From the NCBI GenBank assembly GCA_050257375.1, contig JBLMWT010000143.1:1-63865 (forward strand): 63,865 bases of DNA, written 5' to 3'. This DNA comes from Sphingomonadaceae bacterium. GTDB taxonomy: Bacteria; Pseudomonadota; Gammaproteobacteria; Burkholderiales; SG8-39. The translations under genes and the position numbers were made by a program. Every line of letters begins with the position of its first letter. Position 1 is the stretch's first letter. The notes below the pieces were generated by a model. The model was not told the DNA's origin. It made no database searches and worked only from the letters and a program-made list of their open reading frames with translations. Shown piece after piece: positions 20,926-33,809 of this stretch.

Positions 20926-21834
20926 ATGCAGATCGGCATCGTGGGCCTCGGGCGGATGGGCGGCAACATGGCGCGGCGCATCGCGCGCGGCGGTGCGCGC
21001 GTGATCGGATTCGATCGCGAGCGCGCGGCGCGTGAGGCGCTGGCCGGCGAGAAGGGTGTCGAGTGCGTCGAGGGGCTCGCCGCGCTGTGCGCGCAACTCG
21101 CCGGCGAGCGCGTCGTACTGACGATGCTGCCCGCCGGACAGGCGACCGAGGAGACCCTGGGAGAGCTGCTGCCTCTGCTGTCTTCCGGCGACCTCGTGGT
21201 CGACGGCGCAAACGCCTTCTACAAGGACTCGATGCGGCGCGCACTCGATCTCTCGCGTGCGGGACTGCGCTTCGTGGACGCCGGCGTCTCCGGCGGCATC
21301 CATGGCCTCGCGCACGGCTACTGCCTCATGCTGGGCGGCACGCCGAAGTCGATCGAGATGTTCGAGCCCTTCGCGCGCATTCTCGCGCCGCAGCCCGACC
21401 GAGGCTGGATGCACTGCGGCCCGAGCGGCGCGGGCCACTTCGCGAAGATGGTGCACAACGGCATCGAGTACGGAATGATGCAGGCGCTCGCCGAAGGCCT
21501 GGCGCTGGTCGAGGCGCGCGCCGATTTCGGGATCGATCGCGCGCGCCTCGCCGAGACCTGGCGCCACGGCAGTGTGGTGCGCTCGTGGCTGCTCGACCTG
21601 TGCGCCGAAGCGCTCGCGGCCGACCCTTCGCTCGGCGGAATCGCGCCCGTCGTCGCGGATTCGGGCGAAGGACGCTGGACGGCGCTCGAGGCGGTCGAGC
21701 TCGGCGTGCCGGCGCCGGTGATCACGCTCGCGCTGATGAGCCGATTCTCGAGCCAGGGCCGCGCCGACTATGCGCGCAAGCTGCTCGCCACGATGCGAGC
21801 AAAATTCGGCGGCCACGCGGTAACGCGCAGCTGA
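20926..21834 (+). CDS. gnd: 6-phosphogluconate dehydrogenase, decarboxylating (short Gnd type)
   Basis: MQIGIVGLGRMGGNMA Rossmann start and GAGHFAKMVHNGIEYG motif. Confidence 0.85.
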   Translation: MQIGIVGLGRMGGNMARRIARGGARVIGFDRERAAREALAGEKGVECVEGLAALCAQLAGERVVLTMLPAGQATEETLGELLPLLSSGDLVVDGANAFYKDSMRRALDLSRAGLRFVDAGVSGGIHGLAHGYCLMLGGTPKSIEMFEPFARILAPQPDRGWMHCGPSGAGHFAKMVHNGIEYGMMQALAEGLALVEARADFGIDRARLAETWRHGSVVRSWLLDLCAEALAADPSLGGIAPVVADSGEGRWTALEAVELGVPAPVITLALMSRFSSQGRADYARKLLATMRAKFGGHAVTRS

Positions 21835-21847
21835 GCCGTCCCCGCGC

Positions 21848-22336
21848 GTGATCGTCGTCGTGATGGGTGTCGCCGGGGTCGGAAAGACGACCATCGGGCA
21901 GCTGCTCGCGAACAGGCTGGCTTGCGAATTCCTCGATGCGGACGATTTCCACCCGCCCGCCAACGTCGCCAAGATGGCAGCGGGCACGCCGCTCGATGAC
22001 GCGGACCGCTGGCCCTGGCTCGAGCACCTCAACGCGCTGCTGCGCGAGCGCGCGGCGCGCGGCGCGAGCGCCGTGCTTGCCTGCTCGGCGCTCAAGAACG
22101 CCTACCGCGAGCGGCTGTGCCGCGACGTGGCGCGCTGCCGGCTGGTCTATCTGCGCGCAGACGTGCGCGTGCTGCGCGCGCGTCTCGCCGCACGCACCCA
22201 CCGTTACATGCCCGCCTCGCTGCTCGACAGCCAGCTCGCGACGCTCGAGCCGCCGGCGGACGCGCTCGAGGTGGATGCCGCGGCGCCGCCCGAGCATTGC
22301 GCGCAGGTCATCGCCGCCGCGCTGACACGGCCTTAA
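21848..22336 (+). CDS. gntK: gluconokinase
   Basis: P-loop GVAGVGKTT and FLDADDFHP...KM..G.PL.D.DR.PWL motif. Confidence 0.85.
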   Translation: MIVVVMGVAGVGKTTIGQLLANRLACEFLDADDFHPPANVAKMAAGTPLDDADRWPWLEHLNALLRERAARGASAVLACSALKNAYRERLCRDVARCRLVYLRADVRVLRARLAARTHRYMPASLLDSQLATLEPPADALEVDAAAPPEHCAQVIAAALTRP

Positions 22337-22416
22337 GGATGGGTTAAGGCCGCGGGGCGAGCATGCGCCCCGTACAGCGCGCGAAATGCGCGCCAAGCGA
22401 ACACAAGGAGATTGAC

Positions 22417-23865
22417 ATGAAACGCAGAAGCATCGTCGCAGGCTTGGCCGCCGCCGGCCTGCTCGCTCTCGGAGCCTGGGGCGGCATCCACGCCGACGAC
22501 CTGTGGGCGAAGGCGCAAGCGGCCACTCCGGCGGCGCAGTCTGCGGTGCACGCCACCCCGACGGCCACGCTCGCGCTGCCCAACTTCACTTCGATCGTCA
22601 ACGAAAACCGCGGCGCGGTGGTCAATATCACCGTCACCGAGAACGCGAAGACCTCGGAGGAGTCGTCGCCCCTCCCAGAGTTCGGCAACGACCCGTTCTC
22701 GCAATTTTTCCGGCACTTCCAGATCCCGATGCCGCAGCAGGGACCGACCCACGGCCTCGGCTCGGGCTTCATCGTGCGCTCCGACGGCATCGTCCTGACC
22801 AACGCACACGTGGTCGACGGCGCGAGCGACGTCATCGTCAAGCTCTCCGACCAGCGCGAGTTCAAGGCCAAGGTGCTCGGGGTGGACAAGCCGACCGACA
22901 TCGCCGTGCTCAAGATCGACGCCAAGAACCTGCCGACCGTCAAGCTGGGCGATTCCAATTCGGTGCAGGTCGGGCAGTGGGTCGTCGCGATCGGATCGCC
23001 CTACGGGTTCGAAAACACGGTCACCGCCGGGATCGTCAGCGCCACCTCGCGCGCCCTGCCCGACGGCACCTACGTGCCCTTCATCCAGACCGACGCCGCC
23101 GTGAACCCCGGCAATTCGGGCGGGCCGCTCTTTAACATGAACGGCGAAGTGATCGGCATCAACTCGCAGATCTATTCGCAGACCGGTGGCTTCCAGGGGC
23201 TCTCGTTCGCGATCCCGATCGACGTCGCATCGCAGGTCGAGCAGCAGCTGATCGCGCACGGCAAGGTGGAGCGCGGCCGCATCGGCGTCGCGATTCAGCA
23301 GGTCACGCAGGGCCTCGCGCAATCCTTCGGCCTGGACAAGCCTGGCGGCGCGCTGGTCGCCTCTGTCGAGAAAGACGGCCCCGCGGCCAAGGCCGGGCTG
23401 AAGTCGGGCGACGTGATCCTCGCGGTCAATGGCCAGCCGGTCAAGTCCTCGAACCAGCTGCCTCCGATGGTGGCGAACATCAAGCCGGGCAGCAAGGCGA
23501 CATTCGAGATCTGGCGAGACGGTGGCAAGAAAGACGTTCAGATCGTCGTCGGCGAGCTGAAGAGCGATCAGGTCGCGAGCGCCTCGGGTAGCAGCGCGAA
23601 CGGCCGCCTCGGGCTCGCGGTACGTCCGCTCACCAAGGACGAGCGCGAGCAGGCGCAGATTAACGGCGGCCTGCTGGTCGAGAATGCCAGCGGGCCGGCC
23701 GCGCAGGCTGGCATCGAGCAGGGCGACGTCATTCTCTCGGTGAACGGCACGCCGGTGAAATCCGTCGCCCAGTTGCGCGCCCTGATCGCCAAGTCCGGCA
23801 AGCACGTGGCGCTGCTCGTGCAGCGCCAGGATGCCAAGATCTTCGTACCGGTGGAGCTCGGCTGA
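22417..23865 (+). CDS. periplasmic serine endoprotease DegP/DegQ/MucD family
   Basis: ATG 22417 with AAGGAG 7 nt upstream. Signal peptide, then TNAHVV and GNSGGPL catalytic motifs and two PDZ-like regions. Confidence 0.9.
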   Translation: MKRRSIVAGLAAAGLLALGAWGGIHADDLWAKAQAATPAAQSAVHATPTATLALPNFTSIVNENRGAVVNITVTENAKTSEESSPLPEFGNDPFSQFFRHFQIPMPQQGPTHGLGSGFIVRSDGIVLTNAHVVDGASDVIVKLSDQREFKAKVLGVDKPTDIAVLKIDAKNLPTVKLGDSNSVQVGQWVVAIGSPYGFENTVTAGIVSATSRALPDGTYVPFIQTDAAVNPGNSGGPLFNMNGEVIGINSQIYSQTGGFQGLSFAIPIDVASQVEQQLIAHGKVERGRIGVAIQQVTQGLAQSFGLDKPGGALVASVEKDGPAAKAGLKSGDVILAVNGQPVKSSNQLPPMVANIKPGSKATFEIWRDGGKKDVQIVVGELKSDQVASASGSSANGRLGLAVRPLTKDEREQAQINGGLLVENASGPAAQAGIEQGDVILSVNGTPVKSVAQLRALIAKSGKHVALLVQRQDAKIFVPVELG

Positions 23866-23881
23866 GCTCTAGCGTCGAAGA

Positions 23882-23932
23882 GCGGGCGGCGCCGGTACCC
23901 CCCACCCCCCCCAACCGGCGCCGCCCCGCTTT
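23882..23932 (+). terminator. long GC hairpin with C-rich loop after the protease gene (weak T tract)
   Basis: GCGGGCGGCGCCGGT / ACCGGCGCCGCCCCGC arms (one bulge). The 17-nt loop contains C6-A-C8, followed only by TTT. Confidence 0.4.
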
Positions 23933-23966
23933 CCCATTCTCTCCCCCCAAGCGAAAGGAGCGCATC

Positions 23967-24404
23967 ATGACCAAGACCGCTACGGTTCTTTTCGCCGCGC
24001 TGCTCGGTGCCGGCGTGGCGCACGCAAGCACCTCGCCTAGCGAGTTGCCCGCACCGCAGACGCACGACGGCATCACGTGGCTCTCCGGCGGTGTCGGCGA
24101 GTCGCAGGCGCACGCCTTCCGGGAACAGGCTGGCCGCTATCCGCTCTCGCTCGAGTTCGTCGTCAAGCCCGAAGCCAAGAACCTCCCGGCGGAGTTCACC
24201 GCCGAGGTGCCAGTCACCGTGCGCAATGCGCAGGGCAAGGTGATCCTGAGCGCTACCGCGCAAGGCCCCTTCATGCTCATCAAGCTGCCGGAAGGACGCT
24301 ATCAGGTGCTCGCCGTGCACGACGGCAGGAAGATCGAGCGCGAGGTGGTAGTCGGCCGCACCCATAGCAGCGTGATGTTCGAGTGGCCGGCGCAGCGCGC
24401 GTAA
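23967..24404 (+). CDS. small secreted hypothetical protein
   Basis: AAGGAG RBS and signal peptide MTKTATVLFAALLGAGVAHA-S. 145 aa, beta-rich. Sits immediately upstream of the two-component genes. Confidence 0.55.
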   Translation: MTKTATVLFAALLGAGVAHASTSPSELPAPQTHDGITWLSGGVGESQAHAFREQAGRYPLSLEFVVKPEAKNLPAEFTAEVPVTVRNAQGKVILSATAQGPFMLIKLPEGRYQVLAVHDGRKIEREVVVGRTHSSVMFEWPAQRA

Positions 24405-24431
24405 AATAGCGCGCCTCACGGAGGTGCAACG

Positions 24432-25094
24432 ATGCGGCTGCTTCTGGTCGAGGACGACCGCATGATCGGCGAGAGCGTGCAGAAGGGCCTGCGCCAGGAC
24501 AACTTTTCGGTCGACTGGGCGCAGGACGGCCGCTCCGCCGAGCTGGCGCTCGAAACGGAGCGCTACGATTGCGTGCTGCTCGACCTGGGACTGCCGAAGA
24601 AAGACGGCCTGGAGCTGCTGCGCGAGCTGCGCGCCCGGCGGGACACGGTCCCCGTCGTGGTGATCACCGCGCGCGACGCCGTTCCCGAGCGCATCAAGGG
24701 GCTGGACACGGGTGCCGATGATTATCTGGTCAAGCCCTTCGATTTGGACGAGCTCGCCGCGCGCGTGCGTGCCGTGGTGCGCCGGCGCGACGGGCGGGCC
24801 GAGCCGGTGATGGAGCACATGGGCCTCGTGCTGCGGCCCGCCACGCACGAGGCGACGTTCGAAGGCCGGCCGCTGATGCTGTCGCAGCGCGAGTTCGCCG
24901 TGCTCGAAGCGCTGCTCACCCGGCCGGGCGCGATTCTTTCGCGCGCACAACTCGAAGAGCGGATTTACGGCTGGGGCGAGGAAGTCGAATCGAACGCCGT
25001 CGAGGTGTTCGTGCACGGCCTGCGCAGGAAGCTGGGCGCGGACTTCATCCGCACGGTGCGCGGCGCAGGCTATATGGTGCCGAAGTCCAGATGA
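24432..25094 (+). CDS. OmpR/PhoB-family response regulator
   Basis: Receiver domain (MRLLLVEDD...LLDLGLP) plus winged-helix output (...RTVRGAGYM). Confidence 0.9.
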   Translation: MRLLLVEDDRMIGESVQKGLRQDNFSVDWAQDGRSAELALETERYDCVLLDLGLPKKDGLELLRELRARRDTVPVVVITARDAVPERIKGLDTGADDYLVKPFDLDELAARVRAVVRRRDGRAEPVMEHMGLVLRPATHEATFEGRPLMLSQREFAVLEALLTRPGAILSRAQLEERIYGWGEEVESNAVEVFVHGLRRKLGADFIRTVRGAGYMVPKSR

Positions 25095-26404
25095 TTTCGA
25101 TTCGGCGCCGGCTGCTCGCCTGGTTGCTCGGCGGCACGGCGCTCGCCGTGGCCGCCGGCACCGTGTCCACGTTCCTGATGGCGCGCGAGGAGGCGAATTC
25201 GCTCGCCGACTACCAGCTGCAGCAGATGGCGCTTTCGCTGCGCGACCACGCGCTCGCGAGCGGCCTCATTGCGCACGAGGACGATCCCGCCGCCCGCGGG
25301 CTCGAGGTGCTGGTTCAGATCTGGAACCGGCAGGGCGTGCGCCTGTACATGTCGCATCCCAAGTCCGACATCCCGGATCGCGCGCAGCTCGGCTTCGCCG
25401 ACGTCTCCGCACCGGGCGGGCGCTGGCGGGTGTACTCGGTGCAGCTGAGAAATCACGTCATCCAGGTGGCGCAACCCTACTCGGTGCGCGACCGCATCGC
25501 GGCGCGGCTCGCGTTGCGCACGGCCTGGCCCATGGTCGCGGTGCTGCCGCTGCTCGGGCTCCTGATCTGGCTGACGGTCGGCAAGGGTCTGTCGCCGATC
25601 GAGCGACTGGCGCGCGACGTAGGACGGCGCTCGCCCGAGGCGCTCTCGCCGCTCGAGGAACGCGGGCTGCCGCGCGAGGTGCAGCCGCTGGTGCACGCGC
25701 TTAACGATCTGCTGCACAGGCTGCATCGCGCCCTCGAGGCGCAGCGCGCGTTCGTCGCGGACGCGGCGCACGAGCTGCGCACCCCGCTCGCCGCGTTGCG
25801 CCTGCAGGCGCAGATCGCCGAGCGCGCCGCGCAGGAGGGCGAACGGCGCGAAGCGCTCGGCAGCCTCAAGCGCGGCGTCGAGCGGGCGAGCCACCTGGTG
25901 CAGCAGCTGCTCACGCTGGCGCGCGAGGAGGACCAGGCGGCGCAGGCGCCGAGCGCGCAGGTGCGGCTGGACGAATTGGCGCGCGAGGTGATCGCCGAGC
26001 ACGCATCGCTCGCGCACGACAAGTCGATCGACCTCGGAATGGCGCGCGAGGAGCCGCTGTCGGTCGACGGCAGCGCTGCGGGGCTGCGCACGCTGCTATC
26101 CAACCTGGTCGACAACGCCGTGCGCTACACGCCCGCCGGCGGCAGCATCGACATCTCGCTCGCGCGCCAGGGCGACGACGCGGTGCTCGAGGTGAGCGAC
26201 AGCGGTCCGGGAATTCCGCCCGCCGAGCGCACACGCGTCTTCGACCGCTTCTACCGCCGCGCCGGCCACGGGCCGGAAGGCAGCGGCCTGGGGCTCGCGA
26301 TCGCCAGCCAGATCGCGCAGCGGCATCGGGGCTCGATCGTCCTCGCCGACTCGCCCCAGGGCGGCCTCAGGGTCGTGCTGCGCCTGCCGCTCGGCGCGCG
26401 CTAG
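25091..26404 (+). CDS. sensor histidine kinase (QseC/BasS-like topology)
   Basis: Two TM segments flanking a periplasmic loop. H-box ADAAHELRTPL and ATPase G-box GSGLGLAI. ATGA overlap with the regulator gene. Confidence 0.9.
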   Translation: MISIRRRLLAWLLGGTALAVAAGTVSTFLMAREEANSLADYQLQQMALSLRDHALASGLIAHEDDPAARGLEVLVQIWNRQGVRLYMSHPKSDIPDRAQLGFADVSAPGGRWRVYSVQLRNHVIQVAQPYSVRDRIAARLALRTAWPMVAVLPLLGLLIWLTVGKGLSPIERLARDVGRRSPEALSPLEERGLPREVQPLVHALNDLLHRLHRALEAQRAFVADAAHELRTPLAALRLQAQIAERAAQEGERREALGSLKRGVERASHLVQQLLTLAREEDQAAQAPSAQVRLDELAREVIAEHASLAHDKSIDLGMAREEPLSVDGSAAGLRTLLSNLVDNAVRYTPAGGSIDISLARQGDDAVLEVSDSGPGIPPAERTRVFDRFYRRAGHGPEGSGLGLAIASQIAQRHRGSIVLADSPQGGLRVVLRLPLGAR

Positions 26405-26434
26405 CCGGTCCGCGCGCGGCGCGGCCTTGCACGA

Positions 26435-28516
<2,082 letters not shown>

Positions 28517-28616
28517 GGCCTGACTCCCCTTGTTCGTGGTTTGATTGCGCGGACGGGGACGCCCGCTGGAAAGGCGCGAATTTTAACAGAAATAGCCTCG
28601 CGGTCGACGCGCGCCG

Positions 28617-29888
28617 CTAGGCTTCGAAGGGTTCGCGCAGGCGCTTGCGCACCGCGACGTTGCGCAGCCGCACGTACAACGGCAGGCCGTCGCGAAACGG
28701 CGGCGGCGCCTCGCCCGCCAACAGCGGCGCGAGGTAGCGGCGCGCGGCCGCGCTGATGCCGAAGCCGTCGGAGCTCATGAACGCGGCCGGCAGCTTGCGC
28801 TCCTTGTTCGCCACGTGATCGAGCCGAGCCTCGCCGATGCGCCAGCGGTAGGGGCGATCGGACAGGCGCTCGATGACCGGCATCACCGCGGTCTTCCCCG
28901 CGAGCGCCAGCGCGACCGCTGCCTTGCCGACCGCGTAGGCCTGCTCCAGGTCGGTCTTCGAGGCGATGTGGCGCGCCGCCCGCTGCAGGTAATCCGCGAC
29001 CGCCCAGTGCGTCTTGTAGCCGAGCTTGGACTGCACCAGCGCCGCCACGCGCGGCGCGACGCCGCCCAGCTGGCGATGCCCGAACGCGTCGACCGTGCCC
29101 GCCTCGGCGAGAAACCTGCCTTGCGCGTCGCGCAAGCCCTCGGAGGCCGCGATCACGCAGCTGCCGCGTTGCGCGACGACCTGCTTCACGCGCGCGAGAA
29201 AGCGCGCCTCGTCTAAAGCGAGCTCGGGAAACAGCAGGATGTGCGGCGCGTCGCCCGCGCGCTCGGCTGCGAGGCCGCAGGCAGCGGTGATCCAGCCCGC
29301 GTGCCGCCCCATCACCTCGAGCACGAACACGCGCGTCGAAGTGCTCGCCATCGAAGCAACATCCAGGCCGGCCTCGCGAACCGACGTCGCCACGTACTTC
29401 GCCGCGGAGCCGAAGCCCGGGCAGCAATCGGTCACGGCGAGATCGTTGTCGATCGTCTTCGGCACGCCGATCGCAGCCAGAGGATAGCCCAGCTTGCCGG
29501 TGATCGCGGACAGCTTGAGCGCGGTGTCGGCGGAATCGTTGCCGCCGTTGTAGAAGAAGTAGCCGATGTCGTGCGCGCGCAGCACGCTCACCAGGCGCTC
29601 GAACTTCGCCGTGTCCTCTTCGATCCCCTTGAGCTTGTAGCGGCACGAGCCGAACGCCGCGCCGGGCGTGTGCCGCAGCGCGCGCACCGCCGCTGCGCTC
29701 TCTTTCGAAGTATCGACGAGTTCCTCGCGCAACGCGCCGAGTATGCCGTCGCGCGCCGCGTACAGCTTGCCGATGCGGCCCTTCGCCCGCCGCGCGGCCT
29801 CGATCACGCCGCAGGCCGTCGCGTTGATCACGGCGGTCGCCCCGCCGGACTGGGCGTAGAGCGCGTTCCTGGGTTTGGCCCCTGGCAT
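28617..29888 (-). CDS. pfp: phosphofructokinase family protein, probably PPi-dependent
   Basis: ATG 29888 with AAGGAG upstream; the longer ORF-track start is rejected. NGGNDS sits where ATP-PFKs have GGDGS, i.e. Asp at the Gly104-equivalent, as in PPi-PFKs. Directly upstream of hppA. Confidence 0.8.
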   Translation of the reverse strand: MPGAKPRNALYAQSGGATAVINATACGVIEAARRAKGRIGKLYAARDGILGALREELVDTSKESAAAVRALRHTPGAAFGSCRYKLKGIEEDTAKFERLVSVLRAHDIGYFFYNGGNDSADTALKLSAITGKLGYPLAAIGVPKTIDNDLAVTDCCPGFGSAAKYVATSVREAGLDVASMASTSTRVFVLEVMGRHAGWITAACGLAAERAGDAPHILLFPELALDEARFLARVKQVVAQRGSCVIAASEGLRDAQGRFLAEAGTVDAFGHRQLGGVAPRVAALVQSKLGYKTHWAVADYLQRAARHIASKTDLEQAYAVGKAAVALALAGKTAVMPVIERLSDRPYRWRIGEARLDHVANKERKLPAAFMSSDGFGISAAARRYLAPLLAGEAPPPFRDGLPLYVRLRNVAVRKRLREPFEA

Positions 29889-29932
29889 GGCGGCTCCTTT
29901 CATCCCCTTAGGCACGGGGACGACCCGAGAGT

Positions 29933-30604
<672 letters not shown>

Positions 30605-30659
30605 TTATTGTCGCGCCCCGGAATAAAGGCGCTTTCTGACCCCAGAAAGGCCGCTGACC

Positions 30660-31409
30660 TTAGCGGGATTTGGCGCTTCGGTCAAACAGCGCGCGCACCG
30701 TCGCGAGATCCTCGGGGGTATCGACGCCAGGCGGAATCTCGGCCACGGTGACCCGGACGGCGATGCGATGGCCGTGCCAGAGCACGCGCAGCTGCTCGAG
30801 CGCCTCGACGCGCTCGAGCGGCGATGGCTCGAGCCTCGCGTAACGGCGCAGGAAGCCTGCGCGGTAAGCGTAAATGCCGAGGTGCCGGTAGCACTCGGGC
30901 AGCCCGCCCGCCCGCGCATACGGAATGCCCGCGCGGCTGAAGTACAGCGCGTAGCCGTGCGCATCGAGCACGACCTTGACCACATTCGGGTTGGCGAACG
31001 AGGCCGCGTCCCCGATCCGATGGCAGGCGGTCGACATCGGCGCATCGGGGTGCGCATCGAGCGTCGCGGAGACCTCGGCGATCAGCTCGAGCGGGATGAG
31101 CGGCTCGTCGCCCTGCACGTTCACCACGATGTCGTCGTCGCCCAGGCCGAGCGCCGCCGCGGCCTCCGCGATGCGGTCGGTGCCCGAGGGATGGTCCGCG
31201 CGCGTCATGAGCGCGCGATATCCGTGCCGCGTCGCGGCGTCGGCGATGCGCGGGTCGTCGGTCGCCACTGCGACGAGCGCGGCGCCGCTCTCCGCCGCGC
31301 GCTCGCATACGCGCACCACCATCGGCTTGCCCGCGAGGTCCGCAAGTGGCTTGCCCGGTAAGCGGCTCGAGGCGTAGCGCGCCGGAACGATGACCGAGAA
31401 GCCTGCCAT
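30660..31409 (-). CDS. kdsB: 3-deoxy-manno-octulosonate cytidylyltransferase
   Basis: ATG 31409 ([22 protein letters not shown]...), the typical KdsB N-terminus. Confidence 0.9.
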   Translation of the reverse strand: MAGFSVIVPARYASSRLPGKPLADLAGKPMVVRVCERAAESGAALVAVATDDPRIADAATRHGYRALMTRADHPSGTDRIAEAAAALGLGDDDIVVNVQGDEPLIPLELIAEVSATLDAHPDAPMSTACHRIGDAASFANPNVVKVVLDAHGYALYFSRAGIPYARAGGLPECYRHLGIYAYRAGFLRRYARLEPSPLERVEALEQLRVLWHGHRIAVRVTVAEIPPGVDTPEDLATVRALFDRSAKSR

Positions 31410-31432
31410 AGCGGTGCCCGGTCGCCGCGCGC

Positions 31433-31630
31433 TCAGCCCGCGACTTCCTCGTTCGGGCCGAGCTTGCGCGCGTCGTCTTCGAGCATCACCGGAATGCCGT
31501 CCTTCACCGGGTAGGCGAGGCGGTCCCCCTTGCATATCAGCTCGCTGGCGTCCTTGCGGTACACGAGCGGCCCCTTGCACAGCGGACAGACCAGGATCTC
31601 CAGCAGCTTCGGATCAACGGCGGCGCTCAC
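31433..31630 (-). CDS. Trm112/YcaR family small zinc-ribbon protein
   Basis: [14 protein letters not shown]...[12 protein letters not shown]; 65 aa. The lpxK-ycaR-kdsB order is conserved in proteobacteria. Confidence 0.85.
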   Translation of the reverse strand: MSAAVDPKLLEILVCPLCKGPLVYRKDASELICKGDRLAYPVKDGIPVMLEDDARKLGPNEEVAG

Positions 31631-32525
31631 CGAGCCTCTCCTCCAGCCAGTTATCGAACGCGGGGTCGAGCTTCGCGTTCACCGGAAACACCCAATGGTG
31701 CGGCCGCGCGAAGCGCCGGCATTTTACCGCGTCCTTTTCGGTCATGATGACCGGCGCGGCGTCGCCGAAATCGAGGTCGCGCGCGGCGAATGCGTAATGG
31801 TCGGGGAAAGGGTGCGGCACCGCCTTGATGCCGAAGCGCCCCAGGTGGACGAAGAAGCGCTTCGGGTCGCCGATGCCCGCCACCGCGTGCACGCGCTGTC
31901 CGGCGAACTCCCGCGGCGCGCGGCGCTGGCGGGCGTCCGCGAGGCAGTGCAGCAGCTCGCCCTCCAGCCGCATCGCATATCCCTTGACCGCGTCGGTATC
32001 GTGCGCCACCACGGCGTCGACCGAGCGCAGACGCGAACGCGGCTCGCGCAGCGGCCCGGCGGGAAGCATGAATCCGTTGCCAAAGCCGCGCGCGTCGACC
32101 ACGCAGATTTCCAGATCGCGCGCAAGCCGATAGTGCTGCAGACCGTCGTCCAGGACGATCACGTCGACATCCGGGTGCTGCGCGCGCAACGCCTCGCACA
32201 CGCGCACGCGGTCCGGCCCCACCCACACCGTGCAGCCGCTGCGGCGCGCGAGCACCACCGGTTCGTCGCCCACCTCCGAGGGGTCCGACGCGATCGTCGC
32301 CTCGCGCGGCGCCTCGAGTCGCGCCCCGTAGCCGCGCGAGACGATGCCCGGCGTCCAGCCCTTCGACTTGAGCAGCTCGGCGATGTGCAGAACGAGCGGC
32401 GTCTTGCCGCTGCCGCCGGCGACCAGGTTGCCCACCACGATGACCGGTACGCCAACGCCGCGGCGCCTCAGGAGACGCAGCCCGTAAAGCGCCCGGCGGA
32501 CGAAAACGACGAAGCGAAACAGCAC
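31614..32525 (-). CDS. lpxK: tetraacyldisaccharide 4'-kinase (N-terminus probably longer, see findings)
   Basis: P-loop [14 protein letters not shown]. The first canonical start is GTG 32525, but LpxK-like residues continue in frame upstream. Confidence 0.85.
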   Translation of the reverse strand: MLFRFVVFVRRALYGLRLLRRRGVGVPVIVVGNLVAGGSGKTPLVLHIAELLKSKGWTPGIVSRGYGARLEAPREATIASDPSEVGDEPVVLARRSGCTVWVGPDRVRVCEALRAQHPDVDVIVLDDGLQHYRLARDLEICVVDARGFGNGFMLPAGPLREPRSRLRSVDAVVAHDTDAVKGYAMRLEGELLHCLADARQRRAPREFAGQRVHAVAGIGDPKRFFVHLGRFGIKAVPHPFPDHYAFAARDLDFGDAAPVIMTEKDAVKCRRFARPHHWVFPVNAKLDPAFDNWLEERLGERRR

Positions 32526-32584
32526 GCTGGCCGGCCACAGCAGCCAGGCGAGCGCGCTGCGGCGAGTCCAGTGCGCGGGCAGGG

Positions 32585-33007
32585 CTATCCTCCGGGGGGC
32601 GTCTGGGTCGTAAAGGTGATCTGCGACAGCCCGGCCATGCGCGCGGCTTCGAGCACGCGGATCACCGCCTGATGCGTGGCGAGCGCGTCGGCGCTGATCA
32701 CCACCACGGGCTCCTTGCCGCCCCCCGCTGCGCGACGCAGGTCGTCGGCGAGCGACTCGACGCCCGTGTAGGCGACCGGCGCGTGGTTGATGACATACTG
32801 GCCCTGGGCGCTCACCAGCACGTTTATCTCGCTCGGGCGTTCGAGCTGCTTTTGCGCTTCCGCGGTCGGCAGATTGATCTGCAACTCGGTGTACTTGGAA
32901 TACGTGGTGGTGATCATGAGGAAGATGAGGATCACCATCATCACGTCGATGAGCGGCACCAGGTTGATTTCCGGCTGCTCCTTGGTCTTGCCGCGCTGGA
33001 AATTCAT
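32585..33007 (-). CDS. exbD: ExbD/TolR family biopolymer transport protein
   Basis: 140 aa; INLVPLIDVMMVILIFLM single TM plus periplasmic domain. Confidence 0.9.
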   Translation of the reverse strand: MNFQRGKTKEQPEINLVPLIDVMMVILIFLMITTTYSKYTELQINLPTAEAQKQLERPSEINVLVSAQGQYVINHAPVAYTGVESLADDLRRAAGGGKEPVVVISADALATHQAVIRVLEAARMAGLSQITFTTQTPPGG

Positions 33008-33654
33008 CGCCGTGCGGCCGGCTCCATGGCCGGCGGTTGCTGGCCGTAGTCGATGCGCTCTCCGTGCACGATATCGACCAGCTTGGCCGCGTCCTGCTCC
33101 ATCTGCACCACGAAGCCGTCCACCTTGTTCTTGAAGTGGCGGTAGAAGATGAGCGACGGAATGGAAATCGCGATGCCGAACGCAGTGTTATACAAGGCCA
33201 CCGAGATGCCGTGCGCCAGTTGCTGCGGATTGGTGCCGGAGGGCGACTGCGAGCCGAAGATCTCGATCATGCCGATCACCGTGCCGAAAAGCCCGAGCAG
33301 CGGCGCCGCGCTCGCGATCGTGCCGAGCGTGGTGAGAAAGCGCTCGAGCTGGTGCGCGACGCTGCGCCCGGCCTCCTCGACCGCCTCTTTCATGACGTAG
33401 CGCGAGCTGCGAAAGTTGCGCAGCCCCGCCGCCAGCACCTGGCCGAGCGGCGAGTCCTTGGCGAGGCGGTCGATCACCTCCTCGCGGATGCCGTCGCGCC
33501 GGTAAACGGCGATCACCTGGTCGAGAAGGTCGCGCGGAACGATGCGGTTTTCGCGCAGCGTCAACGAGCGCTCGATGATCAACGCGACCGCGATGACCGA
33601 GGCGAGCAACAAAAACCATATCGGCCAGCCGGCGGCGTGGATGATCGCGAACAA
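33004..33654 (-). CDS. exbB: MotA/TolQ/ExbB proton channel protein
   Basis: TTG 33654 with GGAGA 8 nt upstream gives (M)FAIIHAAGWPIWFLLLASVIAVALIIERS, a typical ExbB start. The upstream part of ORF 33004..33885 has no family resemblance. Confidence 0.85.
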   Translation of the reverse strand: MFAIIHAAGWPIWFLLLASVIAVALIIERSLTLRENRIVPRDLLDQVIAVYRRDGIREEVIDRLAKDSPLGQVLAAGLRNFRSSRYVMKEAVEEAGRSVAHQLERFLTTLGTIASAAPLLGLFGTVIGMIEIFGSQSPSGTNPQQLAHGISVALYNTAFGIAISIPSLIFYRHFKNKVDGFVVQMEQDAAKLVDIVHGERIDYGQQPPAMEPAARR

Positions 33655-33809
33655 ACTGATTGTCTCCGGACGCTTATCGTTCGATTCGGGGTGCGCGCAC
33701 TTTAGCCAAAGCGGTGAGGACCGGCAAGTTGATGCCGCAGCGCATGAACGCGCCGCGCGTGCGTCGCAACGGGGCGACATGCCGAGCGCTGCACGAAGGC
33801 CTCCGCGCC

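Noticed and set aside
30632-30649. 7-bp palindromic hairpin CTTTCTG-ACCC-CAGAAAG between kdsB and adk as a terminator
   Set aside because: The stem is short and AT-containing and lacks a proper U tract on the coding (minus) strand. It is too weak to call.
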